A stretch of DNA of 54,865 nucleotides from positions 1 to 54,865 of the forward strand of contig DYNF01000010.1 of assembly GCA_020721205.1 (NCBI GenBank). The letters are read 5' to 3'. Both the position numbers and the translations under genes were made by a program. The notes under the pieces are model-generated. The model did not search any database, was not told the DNA's origin, and saw nothing but the letters and a program-made list of their open reading frames with translations. Shown here one piece after another: positions 45,363-53,980 of this stretch. The number at the start of each line of letters is the position of its first letter. Positions within the stretch are counted from its first letter, which is position 1. Source of the DNA: Prochloron sp. SulCav_FS08_3_32_3330. GTDB taxonomy: Bacteria > Cyanobacteriota > Cyanobacteriia > Cyanobacteriales > DYNF01.

Positions 45363-48300
45363 ATGTTGAAAGAAAGTCAACGCCCATCTCTAACTCCCAC
45401 ATCTAACTCCCCCACCTTGAAAAAGTGGGTGATTCAAGGTGTGCAAAAAGCAGTGGGTGAATCGCAAAAAATTCGCTTACAAGTTCGTTTACGGGGCAAT
45501 CATTTACATCTTTTGTGTGAAACTTCTCAAGAAACTCAACCCCAACAGATTCTACGCTATTTAATCGCTGGAATTAAAAAAAGTTTTAAACTTAATCCCG
45601 ATAATTTTTCCCTTTTTACCGATAATTTTTCCCATCCTATTTATCAAATAGTTGTCTATGGTAAAGTTTTCGGACGAAAAAAACATGATTGGGTTAAAAC
45701 TATTCATATTCATTCCTCTGAACACTCTCAAGATACTGAGCATTCTTCAGAATTTGAGACGATAGGAGGGGCGATTATTTCTTATGAAACCCTCGCTAAA
45801 TCTGGTTCACCAGAGGCAATTGCTCGTTATTTAAGCCATCAATTTAGTTATTTAGGTGTAAGTATTCGAGTTAAAAGAGAAAAACTCCCAATTAAAGAAC
45901 AATTAGAAGAAGCAAAATATCGCCTTAAAGTAATTTGTGAGTGTAATTATAGTCCTGAACCTACGCTTTTAGCTGAACCGATTACCCAAGAATTAAGAAA
46001 ATTAGAACTGCAAGGTTTTCGAGAAGGAATAATTTTAGCTCAAGTTACGGGGGAATATGAGCCAGATTGGACTTTAAAAATTGATCTGACTCATCCTGAT
46101 TTAATGCTCAAAGAATGGGCGAATTGGGGTGATCCAGAGTCCATTATTCGCCTTTTAAATGATAGGTTTAAATCTCAAAAAATCTCAATTAGAGGAGAAT
46201 TAAAACAAAAAACCCTTCATTTATTTTGTTCTCATTCCTCAGAAGAAAGTCCTGATCAAAAAAATACCGTTACAGAACTTACTAATTATTTAGATGCTCT
46301 TTCCCCCCAAGGGATTGAAGCAGTTAGTATTTACGGGATCCGCCCAGTCAAAAATCAACCGATTTTTATAGACCCGGATCTCCAGCAAGAAAAGCCTGTG
46401 TGGATTGATTGGCATAAATTACCCGCTTCTTATAGTGAGGAGTTACGGAAAACTCCCTTAGAATTAGCTCAAGAAGATAACCTTGACGCTCTTAATTTTC
46501 TGATTAATCGAGCTTTAAATCAGGATTTAGATTGGCGTTTAAATACGGGAGGTATTCGCATTCAACTACGCCAAAAACAAGATTTATTACACATTTTAGC
46601 AGAAGCAGTGGTTTGTCCGGCACAAAGTCAGGTTTTACCCTCTCTGGAAAAATTATTTCGTCATTTAACGATTACGGGGGTAGGAGGAATCCGTATTTAT
46701 GGACGAAGATCCGGTCAACTTAATTCTTTATGGCATGAAAATATTGATTTTATTAAGCGAAAATCCTCTAATCATGAGCTTTTACCCGAATTTACCTCTC
46801 TTTATTATTTAGAAATTGATCCGTCGTTTTTAGAGGATGATCTCCCTTTAACCGAAACTCAAGTTCAACCTCTTTTTACTCGTAAAACTCAAAATACTCA
46901 TTTTAAACAATTAATACACCGTCTGCAATGGTTATTAGGAAAATCAGGCTTATTTATTTCTAATACTCACAATACTTTTTCTGCCCCTTCTTTCTCTGTA
47001 GATCAAAGTCAGTTAGCGGCTTATAAAGGCTTAAAAGTGGCTACTGTGTGGGGTGTGTTGGGTATTTTATTAACCTTTCAAATGGATTGGTTGTTTGGGC
47101 GGATGGTTTCTCCGTCGCTCCAAGGGGAAAATTCAGAGGTTATCGTAAATCAAGCAACGGCAGAAACTCCACCTCACAATATTACTTTACCCGAAATTTC
47201 TTTACAAAAATCAGAGTGGAAAGGCACAGATTCCTCTGAAAATAGTAGTTTTACTCAAATTGGTTCAAAAGAAATTATTAGTGAAGTGGAGGCAAGGGAT
47301 AATCAGCGATCGCAACAATCGGTAACAGAAATTTTAACTACTTATAAAGCGAAAAATCCTAAGTTTAATAATCCCTTTTTAGAAGAAAAATTGGCACTTT
47401 ATCAACATCGAATAGAAGAAGAAGGTGTAGCAGACATTATGATTATTGGTAGCTCAAGAGCCATGCGGGGCATAGATCCTTACGCTTTACAAATGGCATT
47501 AAAAGAGCAAGGATATCCCGACTTAAATATATTTAATTTTGGAGTTAATGGGGCAACAGCAAAAATAGTTGATTTAATTTTAAGACAATTATTAACCTCG
47601 GAAGAATTGCCTAAAATAGTAATTTTTGCAGATGGGGCAAGGGCTTTTAATAGTGGCAGAAGTGATATTACTTATCAAATGATTGAAAAATCCGAAGGTT
47701 ATAAACAATTATTAGCAGGAATATTTCCTCCAGCGAAAGAAAATAATAGTAATATTTCAGCTAATTCTAATTTAATTAAACCCACTTTTTCCCAACAATA
47801 TAAAGCCGTAGATCAATGGTTAAATGAAAGTATTTCCCAATTTTCTTCAGCTTATAATGAAAGAGATCAATTAAAAACAAAAGCGAGGGATCAATTTGTT
47901 AATTTGTTTCAATTTATCAACATTCTTAATCAAAAAGAAAATCCAAATATTAAACAAAATAAAAATGAAGAAATAGTAACACCAAATGGGATTGATTATG
48001 ATGGCTTTTTTCCCCTTTCGATTAAATTTAATCCTGATACTTATTATCAAGATCATCCTTTAGTAATGGGTGCTTATGATAGTGATTATCAAAACTTTAA
48101 TTTAGAAGGAGAACAAGAGGAAAGTTTAGTAACATTAATTAATTATTTACAAGAAAAAAATGTCCAATTTGTCTTTATTAATCAACCTTTAACTGATAAT
48201 TATTTAGACACAACAAGACTTAAATATGAGAAACAATTTAATAGTTATATGCAAAATTTAAGTGAAAAGTATCCCCTCGTTTTTCGGGATTTTGTTAATC

Positions 48301-48434
48301 GTAAATCATGGCAAAGTGAGTATAACTTTTTCTCAGATCCTAGTCATTTAAACCGTTATGGTGCTTATAAAGTATCCCAAGAATTAGCAGTAGATCCAGT
48401 AATTAATTGGGGGAGTTTAAACAGTGAACAGTGA
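45363..48434 (+). CDS. Large membrane-anchored protein: cytoplasmic N-terminal region with about 5 repeated modules, one TM helix, C-terminal SGNH/AlgJ-DltD-like O-acyltransferase domain
   Basis: 1023 aa. Repeats of pattern GIRIQLRQKQDLLHIL / KISIRGELKQKTLHLFC / KIRLQVRLRGNHLHLLC. TM is VATVWGVLGILLTFQMDWLF near residue 560. SGNH block I is IMIIGSSRAMRGID and block V is FSDPSHLNRYG (DxxH). The C-terminus ...NSEQ stop is encoded by CAGTGAA heptamer repeats. Confidence 0.6.
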   Translation: MLKESQRPSLTPTSNSPTLKKWVIQGVQKAVGESQKIRLQVRLRGNHLHLLCETSQETQPQQILRYLIAGIKKSFKLNPDNFSLFTDNFSHPIYQIVVYGKVFGRKKHDWVKTIHIHSSEHSQDTEHSSEFETIGGAIISYETLAKSGSPEAIARYLSHQFSYLGVSIRVKREKLPIKEQLEEAKYRLKVICECNYSPEPTLLAEPITQELRKLELQGFREGIILAQVTGEYEPDWTLKIDLTHPDLMLKEWANWGDPESIIRLLNDRFKSQKISIRGELKQKTLHLFCSHSSEESPDQKNTVTELTNYLDALSPQGIEAVSIYGIRPVKNQPIFIDPDLQQEKPVWIDWHKLPASYSEELRKTPLELAQEDNLDALNFLINRALNQDLDWRLNTGGIRIQLRQKQDLLHILAEAVVCPAQSQVLPSLEKLFRHLTITGVGGIRIYGRRSGQLNSLWHENIDFIKRKSSNHELLPEFTSLYYLEIDPSFLEDDLPLTETQVQPLFTRKTQNTHFKQLIHRLQWLLGKSGLFISNTHNTFSAPSFSVDQSQLAAYKGLKVATVWGVLGILLTFQMDWLFGRMVSPSLQGENSEVIVNQATAETPPHNITLPEISLQKSEWKGTDSSENSSFTQIGSKEIISEVEARDNQRSQQSVTEILTTYKAKNPKFNNPFLEEKLALYQHRIEEEGVADIMIIGSSRAMRGIDPYALQMALKEQGYPDLNIFNFGVNGATAKIVDLILRQLLTSEELPKIVIFADGARAFNSGRSDITYQMIEKSEGYKQLLAGIFPPAKENNSNISANSNLIKPTFSQQYKAVDQWLNESISQFSSAYNERDQLKTKARDQFVNLFQFINILNQKENPNIKQNKNEEIVTPNGIDYDGFFPLSIKFNPDTYYQDHPLVMGAYDSDYQNFNLEGEQEESLVTLINYLQEKNVQFVFINQPLTDNYLDTTRLKYEKQFNSYMQNLSEKYPLVFRDFVNRKSWQSEYNFFSDPSHLNRYGAYKVSQELAVDPVINWGSLNSEQ

Positions 48435-48472
48435 ACAGTTATTTCTTTATAATAATAGATAGGAGTGTTAAA

Positions 48473-48889
48473 TTGGCTAAAGATTTAGTTCATCAATCCG
48501 CAAAAAATGCGTTAATTAAAGATAATTGGATTATAACTCATGATCCTTATAAAATAACTTTTGGAGGAGTAAATATGGCTGTTGATCTAGGAGCGGATAA
48601 ATTAATTGGCGCAACTAAAAATAAACAAAAAATTGCTGTTGAAATTAAAAGTTTTTTAGAACAATCTTCAGCTATTTCTCAATTTCATACAGCTTTAGGT
48701 CAATTTATTAATTATCGTACTGTTATTAATAAAAAAGAACCAGAAAGAATTTTATATTTAGCGATACCAGATTTCAGTTATAATAGTTTTTTTACCTTAG
48801 AGTTTACTCAATTAATGGTTCACGAAAATAACTTAAAATTAATAGTTTTTGATCCTGAAAAAGAGGTAATTATTCAATGGATAAATTAA
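48473..48889 (+). CDS. xisH: XisH-family protein
   Basis: TTG start after RBS ataggagtg. LAKDLVHQSAKNALIKDNWIITHDPYKITFGGVNMAVDLGADKLIGATKNKQKIAVEIKSF matches the XisH family. The track ORF begins earlier at an in-frame ATG that overlaps the upstream gene. Confidence 0.7.
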   Translation: MAKDLVHQSAKNALIKDNWIITHDPYKITFGGVNMAVDLGADKLIGATKNKQKIAVEIKSFLEQSSAISQFHTALGQFINYRTVINKKEPERILYLAIPDFSYNSFFTLEFTQLMVHENNLKLIVFDPEKEVIIQWIN

Positions 48890-49212
48890 ATAAATATAGT
48901 AAAATAGTTCAAGATATTCTATCAGAATATACTCAAGATAATCTGTCTACAGATAATATCGAAACTCAAGTAATTTTTGATACATTAAGATGTCATTATC
49001 AAGTAGTTACTTTAGGCTGGGAAGGTCAAAAATGGGTGCATTATTGTCTGATTCATATTGATATTAAATCTCAAAAAATTTGGATTCAATGGAATATGAC
49101 AGAAAAAGATATTGCTCAAGATTTAGTTAATTTAGGTGTACCAAAACAGGATATTGTCATTGGTTTTCATCCGCCTTTTATGCGTAAATTAACAGAATAT
49201 GCGATCGGATAA
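48877..49212 (+). CDS. xisI: XisI-family protein
   Basis: 111 aa starting MDKLNKYSKIVQDILSEY... It overlaps xisH by 13 bp. The XisH-XisI pair is the classic arrangement. Confidence 0.75.
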   Translation: MDKLNKYSKIVQDILSEYTQDNLSTDNIETQVIFDTLRCHYQVVTLGWEGQKWVHYCLIHIDIKSQKIWIQWNMTEKDIAQDLVNLGVPKQDIVIGFHPPFMRKLTEYAIG

Positions 49213-49256
49213 AATATTTTACTCAATCAAAAATATCTAATTACAAATAACTAATA

Positions 49257-50759
49257 ATGAATTTTATCTCTCAAAGTTACGGCATTTTTTTATTATCTTT
49301 AATTTGTATTTATTGGGGAATTTCAACTTTTTTTCCTCAATTAAATCAATTTAAAATATTACTAATTCTGGTTTTTAGTATTGCCTTTTATCGTACCTAT
49401 CAAGACAATTTTTTAATTATAATTTTACTCTTTTTAATCTTACTTATTAACTTTTTTCTTGGATTAGCTTTAGCAAATCATAAAAACGAAGATTCTAGCC
49501 ATATTAATGATTTTTGGGCTACCCATAAACCCATTTTATTAAGTATCGGAATTACCTTTAATGTCTTATTATTATTAGGCTTTAAATATATACCCTTTTT
49601 TCTTAATTCTATCGGTACATTATTTAATTTACCGATCGCTTTAGATGGAGCAACTTGGGTAGGAGATAACTTCATTATTCCCCTCGGTTTATCCTTCTTT
49701 ACCTTTGAAAATTTAGCCTATTTAATAGATGTTTATCGAGGCGCACCTCCTACTAATAATTTCTTATCTTTTGCCGGATATAAATTCTTTTTTCCAAAAT
49801 TAATTTCCGGTCCAATTACCCGTTATCATACCTTTGCTAATCAATTAAAAAATCAACCTTTTCCCGCTTTTGAAGAATGGATCGAAGGACTATGGTTAAT
49901 TGCTTGTGGAGCAATCAAAAAAGCCTTAATTGCAGACCGTTTAGGGGTATTTGTAGAGTTATCTTTGAATAGCGTAGAAAGAGCAGGAAGTTATGATTTA
50001 TGGCTCACAATTTTAGCATACGGATTACAATTATATTTAGACTTTAGTGGCTATGTAGACATAGCTAGAGGCAGTGCAAAATTACTCGGTTTAAACTTAC
50101 CCGAAAACTTTGATTTTCCCTATTTTACTACCAGTATTGCTCAATTTTGGAGACATTGGCATATAACCTTAGGAGATTGGTTAAGAAATTATTTATATTT
50201 CCCTTTAGGTGGCTCAAGAAAAGGACATTTTCGCACCTGTTTAAACTTATTTTTAGTAATGTTAATTGCCGGAATTTGGCATGGGGCTTCTTGGGGTTAT
50301 ATTTTATGGGGTGCTATTCATGGAATAGCCTTAGTTATTCACCGTTTAACTGATACAATTAGCCATAATTATGAAGGTTTAAAAAAGTGGTGGTTAAGCC
50401 TTCCGGGTATCATTTTTGCATGGTTAATTACTCAATTAATGGTATTTACTTCATGGATTAGTTTTCGATTACCAAATGTAGGACAAGCGGGGTTAGTTTA
50501 TCAACATTTATTCAATTTTAATGGGGATGCTCAATTCTTACAAAAAGTTTATACCGAAGCATTAGGAATTGAGAGAAATTATGTCACATTAATATTAATG
50601 ATAATCGTAATTTTAATGTCATTAATTTATCTCATTCAAAGACGTTGGAAAATGCACTTAAATTACCCCGTAAAAATTGTTTTAGTACCCCTTTGTTTAT
50701 ATTTAGTTTGGCTTTTTTCTCCCGACGGAGGCGCACCTTATATTTATTTTGATTTTTAA
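49257..50759 (+). CDS. MBOAT-family membrane O-acyltransferase (AlgI/DltB/PatA-like)
   Basis: 500 aa with about 10 TM. Conserved His motif is FWRHWHITLGDWLRNYLYFPLGGSRKG, matching MBOAT RWHISLSxWxRDYLYIPLGG. Confidence 0.8.
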   Translation: MNFISQSYGIFLLSLICIYWGISTFFPQLNQFKILLILVFSIAFYRTYQDNFLIIILLFLILLINFFLGLALANHKNEDSSHINDFWATHKPILLSIGITFNVLLLLGFKYIPFFLNSIGTLFNLPIALDGATWVGDNFIIPLGLSFFTFENLAYLIDVYRGAPPTNNFLSFAGYKFFFPKLISGPITRYHTFANQLKNQPFPAFEEWIEGLWLIACGAIKKALIADRLGVFVELSLNSVERAGSYDLWLTILAYGLQLYLDFSGYVDIARGSAKLLGLNLPENFDFPYFTTSIAQFWRHWHITLGDWLRNYLYFPLGGSRKGHFRTCLNLFLVMLIAGIWHGASWGYILWGAIHGIALVIHRLTDTISHNYEGLKKWWLSLPGIIFAWLITQLMVFTSWISFRLPNVGQAGLVYQHLFNFNGDAQFLQKVYTEALGIERNYVTLILMIIVILMSLIYLIQRRWKMHLNYPVKIVLVPLCLYLVWLFSPDGGAPYIYFDF

Positions 50760-50916
50760 TTTAAAAATAATCCTTTTAATTAACATAATTTAAGGGTTAA
50801 TGATGGGTTAGGGCATGACATTTTATAATTTAATGATTAATAAAAAAGTTATTGATGTCATGCCCCTACGGATTGATTGGTTTTAAATTTTATAGTGTTA
50901 CCAACCAATGTTAGGA

Positions 50917-50952
50917 CAAAAAGTCGGGGATTTAACAAATCCCCGACTTTTG
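50917..50952. terminator. Bidirectional terminator-like palindrome between convergent MBOAT gene and the small-protein operon
   Basis: caaaaagtcgggga-tttaacaaa-tccccgacttttg, with an A-tract on one side and a T-tract on the other. Confidence 0.45.
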
Positions 50953-51034
50953 AACCCCAAGATTAATGTCCTAATATTAATGGATAGCACAATACAAGCT
51001 ATGATGATCCCTGCCACATAATATCTATTGAGGA

Positions 51035-51415
51035 CTAAATTTCTTCCTCAAAAGATTGATTCATATTCTCTTTGTTATTGATGGCTGTCTCAATATGTGA
51101 TTTAAAATTTTTGCATTGATCTTTAACTCGATTTTCAATCCATGCAAGAAATCCTAATTCACTTTCGTTATTTGCTTTAGCCGTTATCCCCACAATTAGA
51201 TCTTCCATTGTTAAATGTGAGCGATTACATAGATGTAGTAAATTAACCGTTTCTTCAGAAGATACATCATTACTACCAATTAGCCAAGCATTCATTATTC
51301 CCTGTCCATAAGCAACCTTTCTTTCTTCATCTGTTAAGGTAACTCGAATCACAGTTTCATAATAAGTGCCACCAAAAAAACCCTTCTTTTCTTGGCGATC
51401 AACCGATAATTTCAT
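51035..51415 (-). CDS. Hypothetical protein, 126 aa; fifth and last gene of the small-protein operon
   Basis: RBS gaggt lies 8 bp upstream. Starts 11 bp after the membrane-protein gene. No family recognised. Confidence 0.5.
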   Translation of the reverse strand: MKLSVDRQEKKGFFGGTYYETVIRVTLTDEERKVAYGQGIMNAWLIGSNDVSSEETVNLLHLCNRSHLTMEDLIVGITAKANNESELGFLAWIENRVKDQCKNFKSHIETAINNKENMNQSFEEEI

Positions 51416-51426
51416 TTACAACCTCA

Positions 51427-51708
51427 CTAAATTTTAGTAATAGCACGAAAGATAGACCAGGCAAAGACAAGTATAGAAATAGGAGGATAGCAATACCAAA
51501 CAATTTCCCATTGAATTGGAACTTCCTTTTTAAATTTAGTTATCAAGTAACTTAATCCCAAGAAGAATAAGCCCGCAAAACACAATCCTAAAGTGTAAAA
51601 TACGATAAATCCTAATCCTTCACTTGAACCAATTACAATAGATAGTAGTAATGAACTAGGAATCCAGCCAATGAAATATTTGGGTACAAACTTTTTAGTT
51701 TCAAACAT
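51427..51708 (-). CDS. Small membrane protein, 93 aa, 3 predicted TM helices; fourth gene of the operon
   Basis: Hydrophobic segments IGWIPSSLLLSIVIG, FIVFYTLGLCFAGLFFLGLSYLI and YCYPPISILVFAWSIF. Confidence 0.5.
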   Translation of the reverse strand: MFETKKFVPKYFIGWIPSSLLLSIVIGSSEGLGFIVFYTLGLCFAGLFFLGLSYLITKFKKEVPIQWEIVWYCYPPISILVFAWSIFRAITKI

Positions 51709-51823
51709 GATTTAAACCTCGTTAATTTTTGTTCGTAGTTGGGCTTTAGCCCTATTTACTTAGTGCCAATTCCTAACTACAGACTTCCTCAATAAATAAG
51801 GTAAGTCTGCGTTAATTTTGACG

Positions 51824-52144
51824 TTAGTTGTGGTTACTTTTGCCGTGTTGTCCCCTATACTCATAGCAGACAGTACAAGCCATTGCTGTTTGTGTTTGCT
51901 CATCCCAAACCCAACCAACCGCACGAGATTCAGCAACTTCTTTTGAAGATGCGGGATGGAAGGAAACCTGTAAATCTTTCTCTACAGAAACCATCCCTTT
52001 TGGCAAAGGTGCATATTCTCCTGTTTCAGGATCATGTTGATGGGGCATAAAAACTCCTAAGCCATACTCAGAAAGTTTTTTCATCATTTCTTGAACTTCA
52101 GAAGTTGCGATCGCATCGTGAGCTTTTTCTACCATTGGGTGCAT
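51824..52144 (-). CDS. Hypothetical protein, 106 aa (His-rich N-half, C-terminal CTVCYEYRGQHG); third gene of the operon
   Basis: RBS aggagg lies 7 bp upstream. Possible metal ligands are HQHDPETGE and C-x2-C. A weak, unverified resemblance to nitrile-hydratase-alpha-like proteins was considered. Confidence 0.5.
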   Translation of the reverse strand: MHPMVEKAHDAIATSEVQEMMKKLSEYGLGVFMPHQHDPETGEYAPLPKGMVSVEKDLQVSFHPASSKEVAESRAVGWVWDEQTQTAMACTVCYEYRGQHGKSNHN

Positions 52145-52166
52145 ATAGAAACCTCCTAATTTTTTA

Positions 52167-52409
52167 CTAAATTTTAAAAGTCATAACTTGTCTAAGTTCG
52201 CCATTATGGACTTGATGACCATTAACAAAGACTTCTCCTTTAGCGGGTAAATCCAGCTTAGAAAAAAGCACTTCACCATCTCGGTTTGTTATTTCAGAGC
52301 CATACACACCACCGACATCTAAAAAGCCAGAGCTATGACGACTGATATAAACTTTTTCACCCGGAGCGGGTTTACCATCAGAAAACCTTATTAAACGAAT
52401 TGTTACCAT
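52167..52409 (-). CDS. Hypothetical small beta-rich protein, 80 aa (carboxypeptidase-regulatory-domain-like pattern); second gene of the operon
   Basis: IRLIRFSDGKPAPGEKVYISR...ITNRDGEVLF resembles small beta-sandwich (CarboxypepD_reg / Cna-B-like) domains. Pattern only. Confidence 0.45.
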   Translation of the reverse strand: MVTIRLIRFSDGKPAPGEKVYISRHSSGFLDVGGVYGSEITNRDGEVLFSKLDLPAKGEVFVNGHQVHNGELRQVMTFKI

Positions 52410-52418
52410 AGAAATGCC

Positions 52419-52583
52419 TTAGTTGTCGTGACTATCATAGAAATCCTCACCATTACACTTATTACACGTTAGAACAATTCGTGTAACACCATTACCTTTA
52501 TTCACATAACGCTCAACTCTCATGTCAGTTGAACCACAATGTCCACAGATATATGCACCTGTATTCTTGTCTACCTTAGCCAT
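52419..52583 (-). CDS. Zinc-ribbon protein, 54 aa (C-x2-C ... C-x2-C); first gene of the operon. Below the ORF-track length cutoff.
   Basis: Reverse-strand translation MAKVDKNTGAYICGHCGSTDMRVERYVNKGNGVTRIVLTCNKCNGEDFYDSHDN stop. Strong RBS aaggag lies 6 nt upstream of the ATG. The next gene starts 9 nt after its stop. Confidence 0.55.
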   Translation of the reverse strand: MAKVDKNTGAYICGHCGSTDMRVERYVNKGNGVTRIVLTCNKCNGEDFYDSHDN

Positions 52584-52711
52584 GTTGTTCTCCTTTCAAT
52601 TTTTTATCTATTGTTTAATGAATTAAAATCAATACTAAAGACAAGACTTATTATGATTTAACCTAATCTATTAGTATTTTTTTGAATATTAAATCATTTG
52701 TCTTAAAAATA

Positions 52712-52865
52712 AAAGCGGAAAAAGTCGGATTTTTTATTAAGTTTTATAACAAATTGTAACAAAGACGGATAATAGCGGAAAAAGACTGGTAAAGTCGGAA
52801 AAAGTCGGATTTATATTAATTTTAATTAACTCAGGTACAAAGTCGGAAAAAGTCGGTTATAATAT
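52712..52865. promoter_or_regulatory. Array of 9 AAAG(T/A)C(G/T)GG-type direct repeats at about 10-11 bp spacing in the divergent intergenic region, overlapping the -35/-10 (TATAAT 52858-52863) of the HTH gene
   Basis: gcggaaaaagtcgg (52715-52729); gacggataatagcggaaaaagactggtaaagtcggaaaaagtcgg (52761-52810); aaagtcggaaaaagtcggttataat (52840-52863). Helical phasing suggests a cooperative protein-binding site array. Confidence 0.45.
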
Positions 52866-52895
52866 TCTCATTTATTTTTGTTAATTACTTAATCA

Positions 52896-53414
52896 ATGGA
52901 TATTAAAGAAGTGTTAGAATTTATAGATGAAACGATCTTTAATAAAACGGGAAAACATCTTAATGATCTCCAAAGAAAGGTTATTGAAGGGGCTTTAAAT
53001 CATCAAAAATATGCGGATATTGCTGATCATAATGGCAAAAGTGAAGGTCATGTTAAAGATATAGGTTATGAAGTTTTACAATTATTATCTAATATTTTTG
53101 ATGAACCTGTTAGTAAATATAATCTTCAATCTGTTTTAGAAAGAAAGGGTAATTTTAATTTATCTTTAGGTGAACAAGGTAATATTAATAGTAGTGTTAA
53201 TGGTCATGTTATTGGTTGTGTTAATTTTGGTAATGATGAATCTAATAATAATTCTAATAAAAATAAAGTAAAAACTACTCGTCGCAGAAAGAGTAAAGAA
53301 ATAACTAAAATTAAAAAATTAAAAGCAAAAGGTTTAAGTGATGAGGATATTGCAGATATTTTAGAGGTTAATTTAGAATTAATTAAAGCGATAGAAATAG
53401 AAGAATCTGATTAA
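52896..53414 (+). CDS. Standalone HTH-domain protein (sigma70-r4/LuxR-like) with low-complexity linker and basic C-terminal segment; paralogue of the NB-ARC protein N-domain
   Basis: 172 aa. KHLNDLQRKVIEGALNHQKYADIADHNGKSEGHVKDIGYEVLQLLSNIF aligns with residues about 45-115 of the 19829-21235 protein (KHLNDVQTKFLEGALQRKTYREIADLTGYQETYLQKVVGPRLLKILSGIF). C-terminal region is KVKTTRRRKSKEITKIKKLKAKGLSDEDIADILEV. Confidence 0.55.
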   Translation: MDIKEVLEFIDETIFNKTGKHLNDLQRKVIEGALNHQKYADIADHNGKSEGHVKDIGYEVLQLLSNIFDEPVSKYNLQSVLERKGNFNLSLGEQGNINSSVNGHVIGCVNFGNDESNNNSNKNKVKTTRRRKSKEITKIKKLKAKGLSDEDIADILEVNLELIKAIEIEESD

Positions 53415-53536
53415 AACATAGATTTAATAAAAGTCGAGGATTTTGAAAATACCTGACTTTTGAAACTCCATATTGTGGGTTAAAAAATATTTTGTTATAA
53501 TCAATAATTATTAATTTTAAAATTGAGGTTAATTTT

Positions 53537-53839
53537 ATGACTACCAATAATCAAGAAAGAGAAAGATGGACTGATGAAAAGTTAGATAAATTTGCTGATT
53601 CTGTAGCTCTGGATCATGAGCAATTTCGTCAAGAATTAGCTGAGTTAAGAGAGGGTATTGCTGAGACAAAAGATAGTGTTGATGGCTTGAGAATAACGGC
53701 ACAAGCGTTATTACAGTTAGCCGCTCAACATCAACAGGAAGATCGGGAGCGTCAAGAACAAATGAGACTCATTAATGAGCGTCTTGACGTACAACAAGGA
53801 CAAATTAAAGTTCTTTTAGAAAAATTATTAGGGACATAA
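53537..53839 (+). CDS. Hypothetical coiled-coil protein, 100 aa
   Basis: Heptad-rich, Gln/Glu/Arg-rich sequence (ELAELREGIAETKDSVDGLRITAQALLQLAAQHQQEDRERQEQMRLINERLDVQQGQIKVLLEKLL). Confidence 0.45.
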   Translation: MTTNNQERERWTDEKLDKFADSVALDHEQFRQELAELREGIAETKDSVDGLRITAQALLQLAAQHQQEDRERQEQMRLINERLDVQQGQIKVLLEKLLGT

Positions 53840-53980
53840 TATTACTAATATTATTAATATTTAAGTTAAGTTCAATCATAACTCAAAAGCATTCAATTTA
53901 TTTAACTAAAATTACTTCTTAATCAACTCGTTTTCTGTGATATAATTAATCATGAAATAACTATCGCAATTTTAACAACC

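Noticed and set aside
45561-50353. Short ORFs 45561-45743(-), 46532-46723(+), 47048-47239(+), 47871-48056(-), 49478-49675(-), 50147-50353(+)
   Set aside because: All are alternative-frame or antisense ORFs inside the SGNH or MBOAT genes.
51824-52144. Possible nitrile-hydratase-alpha-like or RiPP leader (NHLP) identity for the 106-aa protein
   Set aside because: There is only a loose resemblance: a C-T-V-C motif rather than C-(S/T)-L-C-S-C, and no adjacent maturation enzymes (YcaO, radical SAM, LanM). It is kept as hypothetical.
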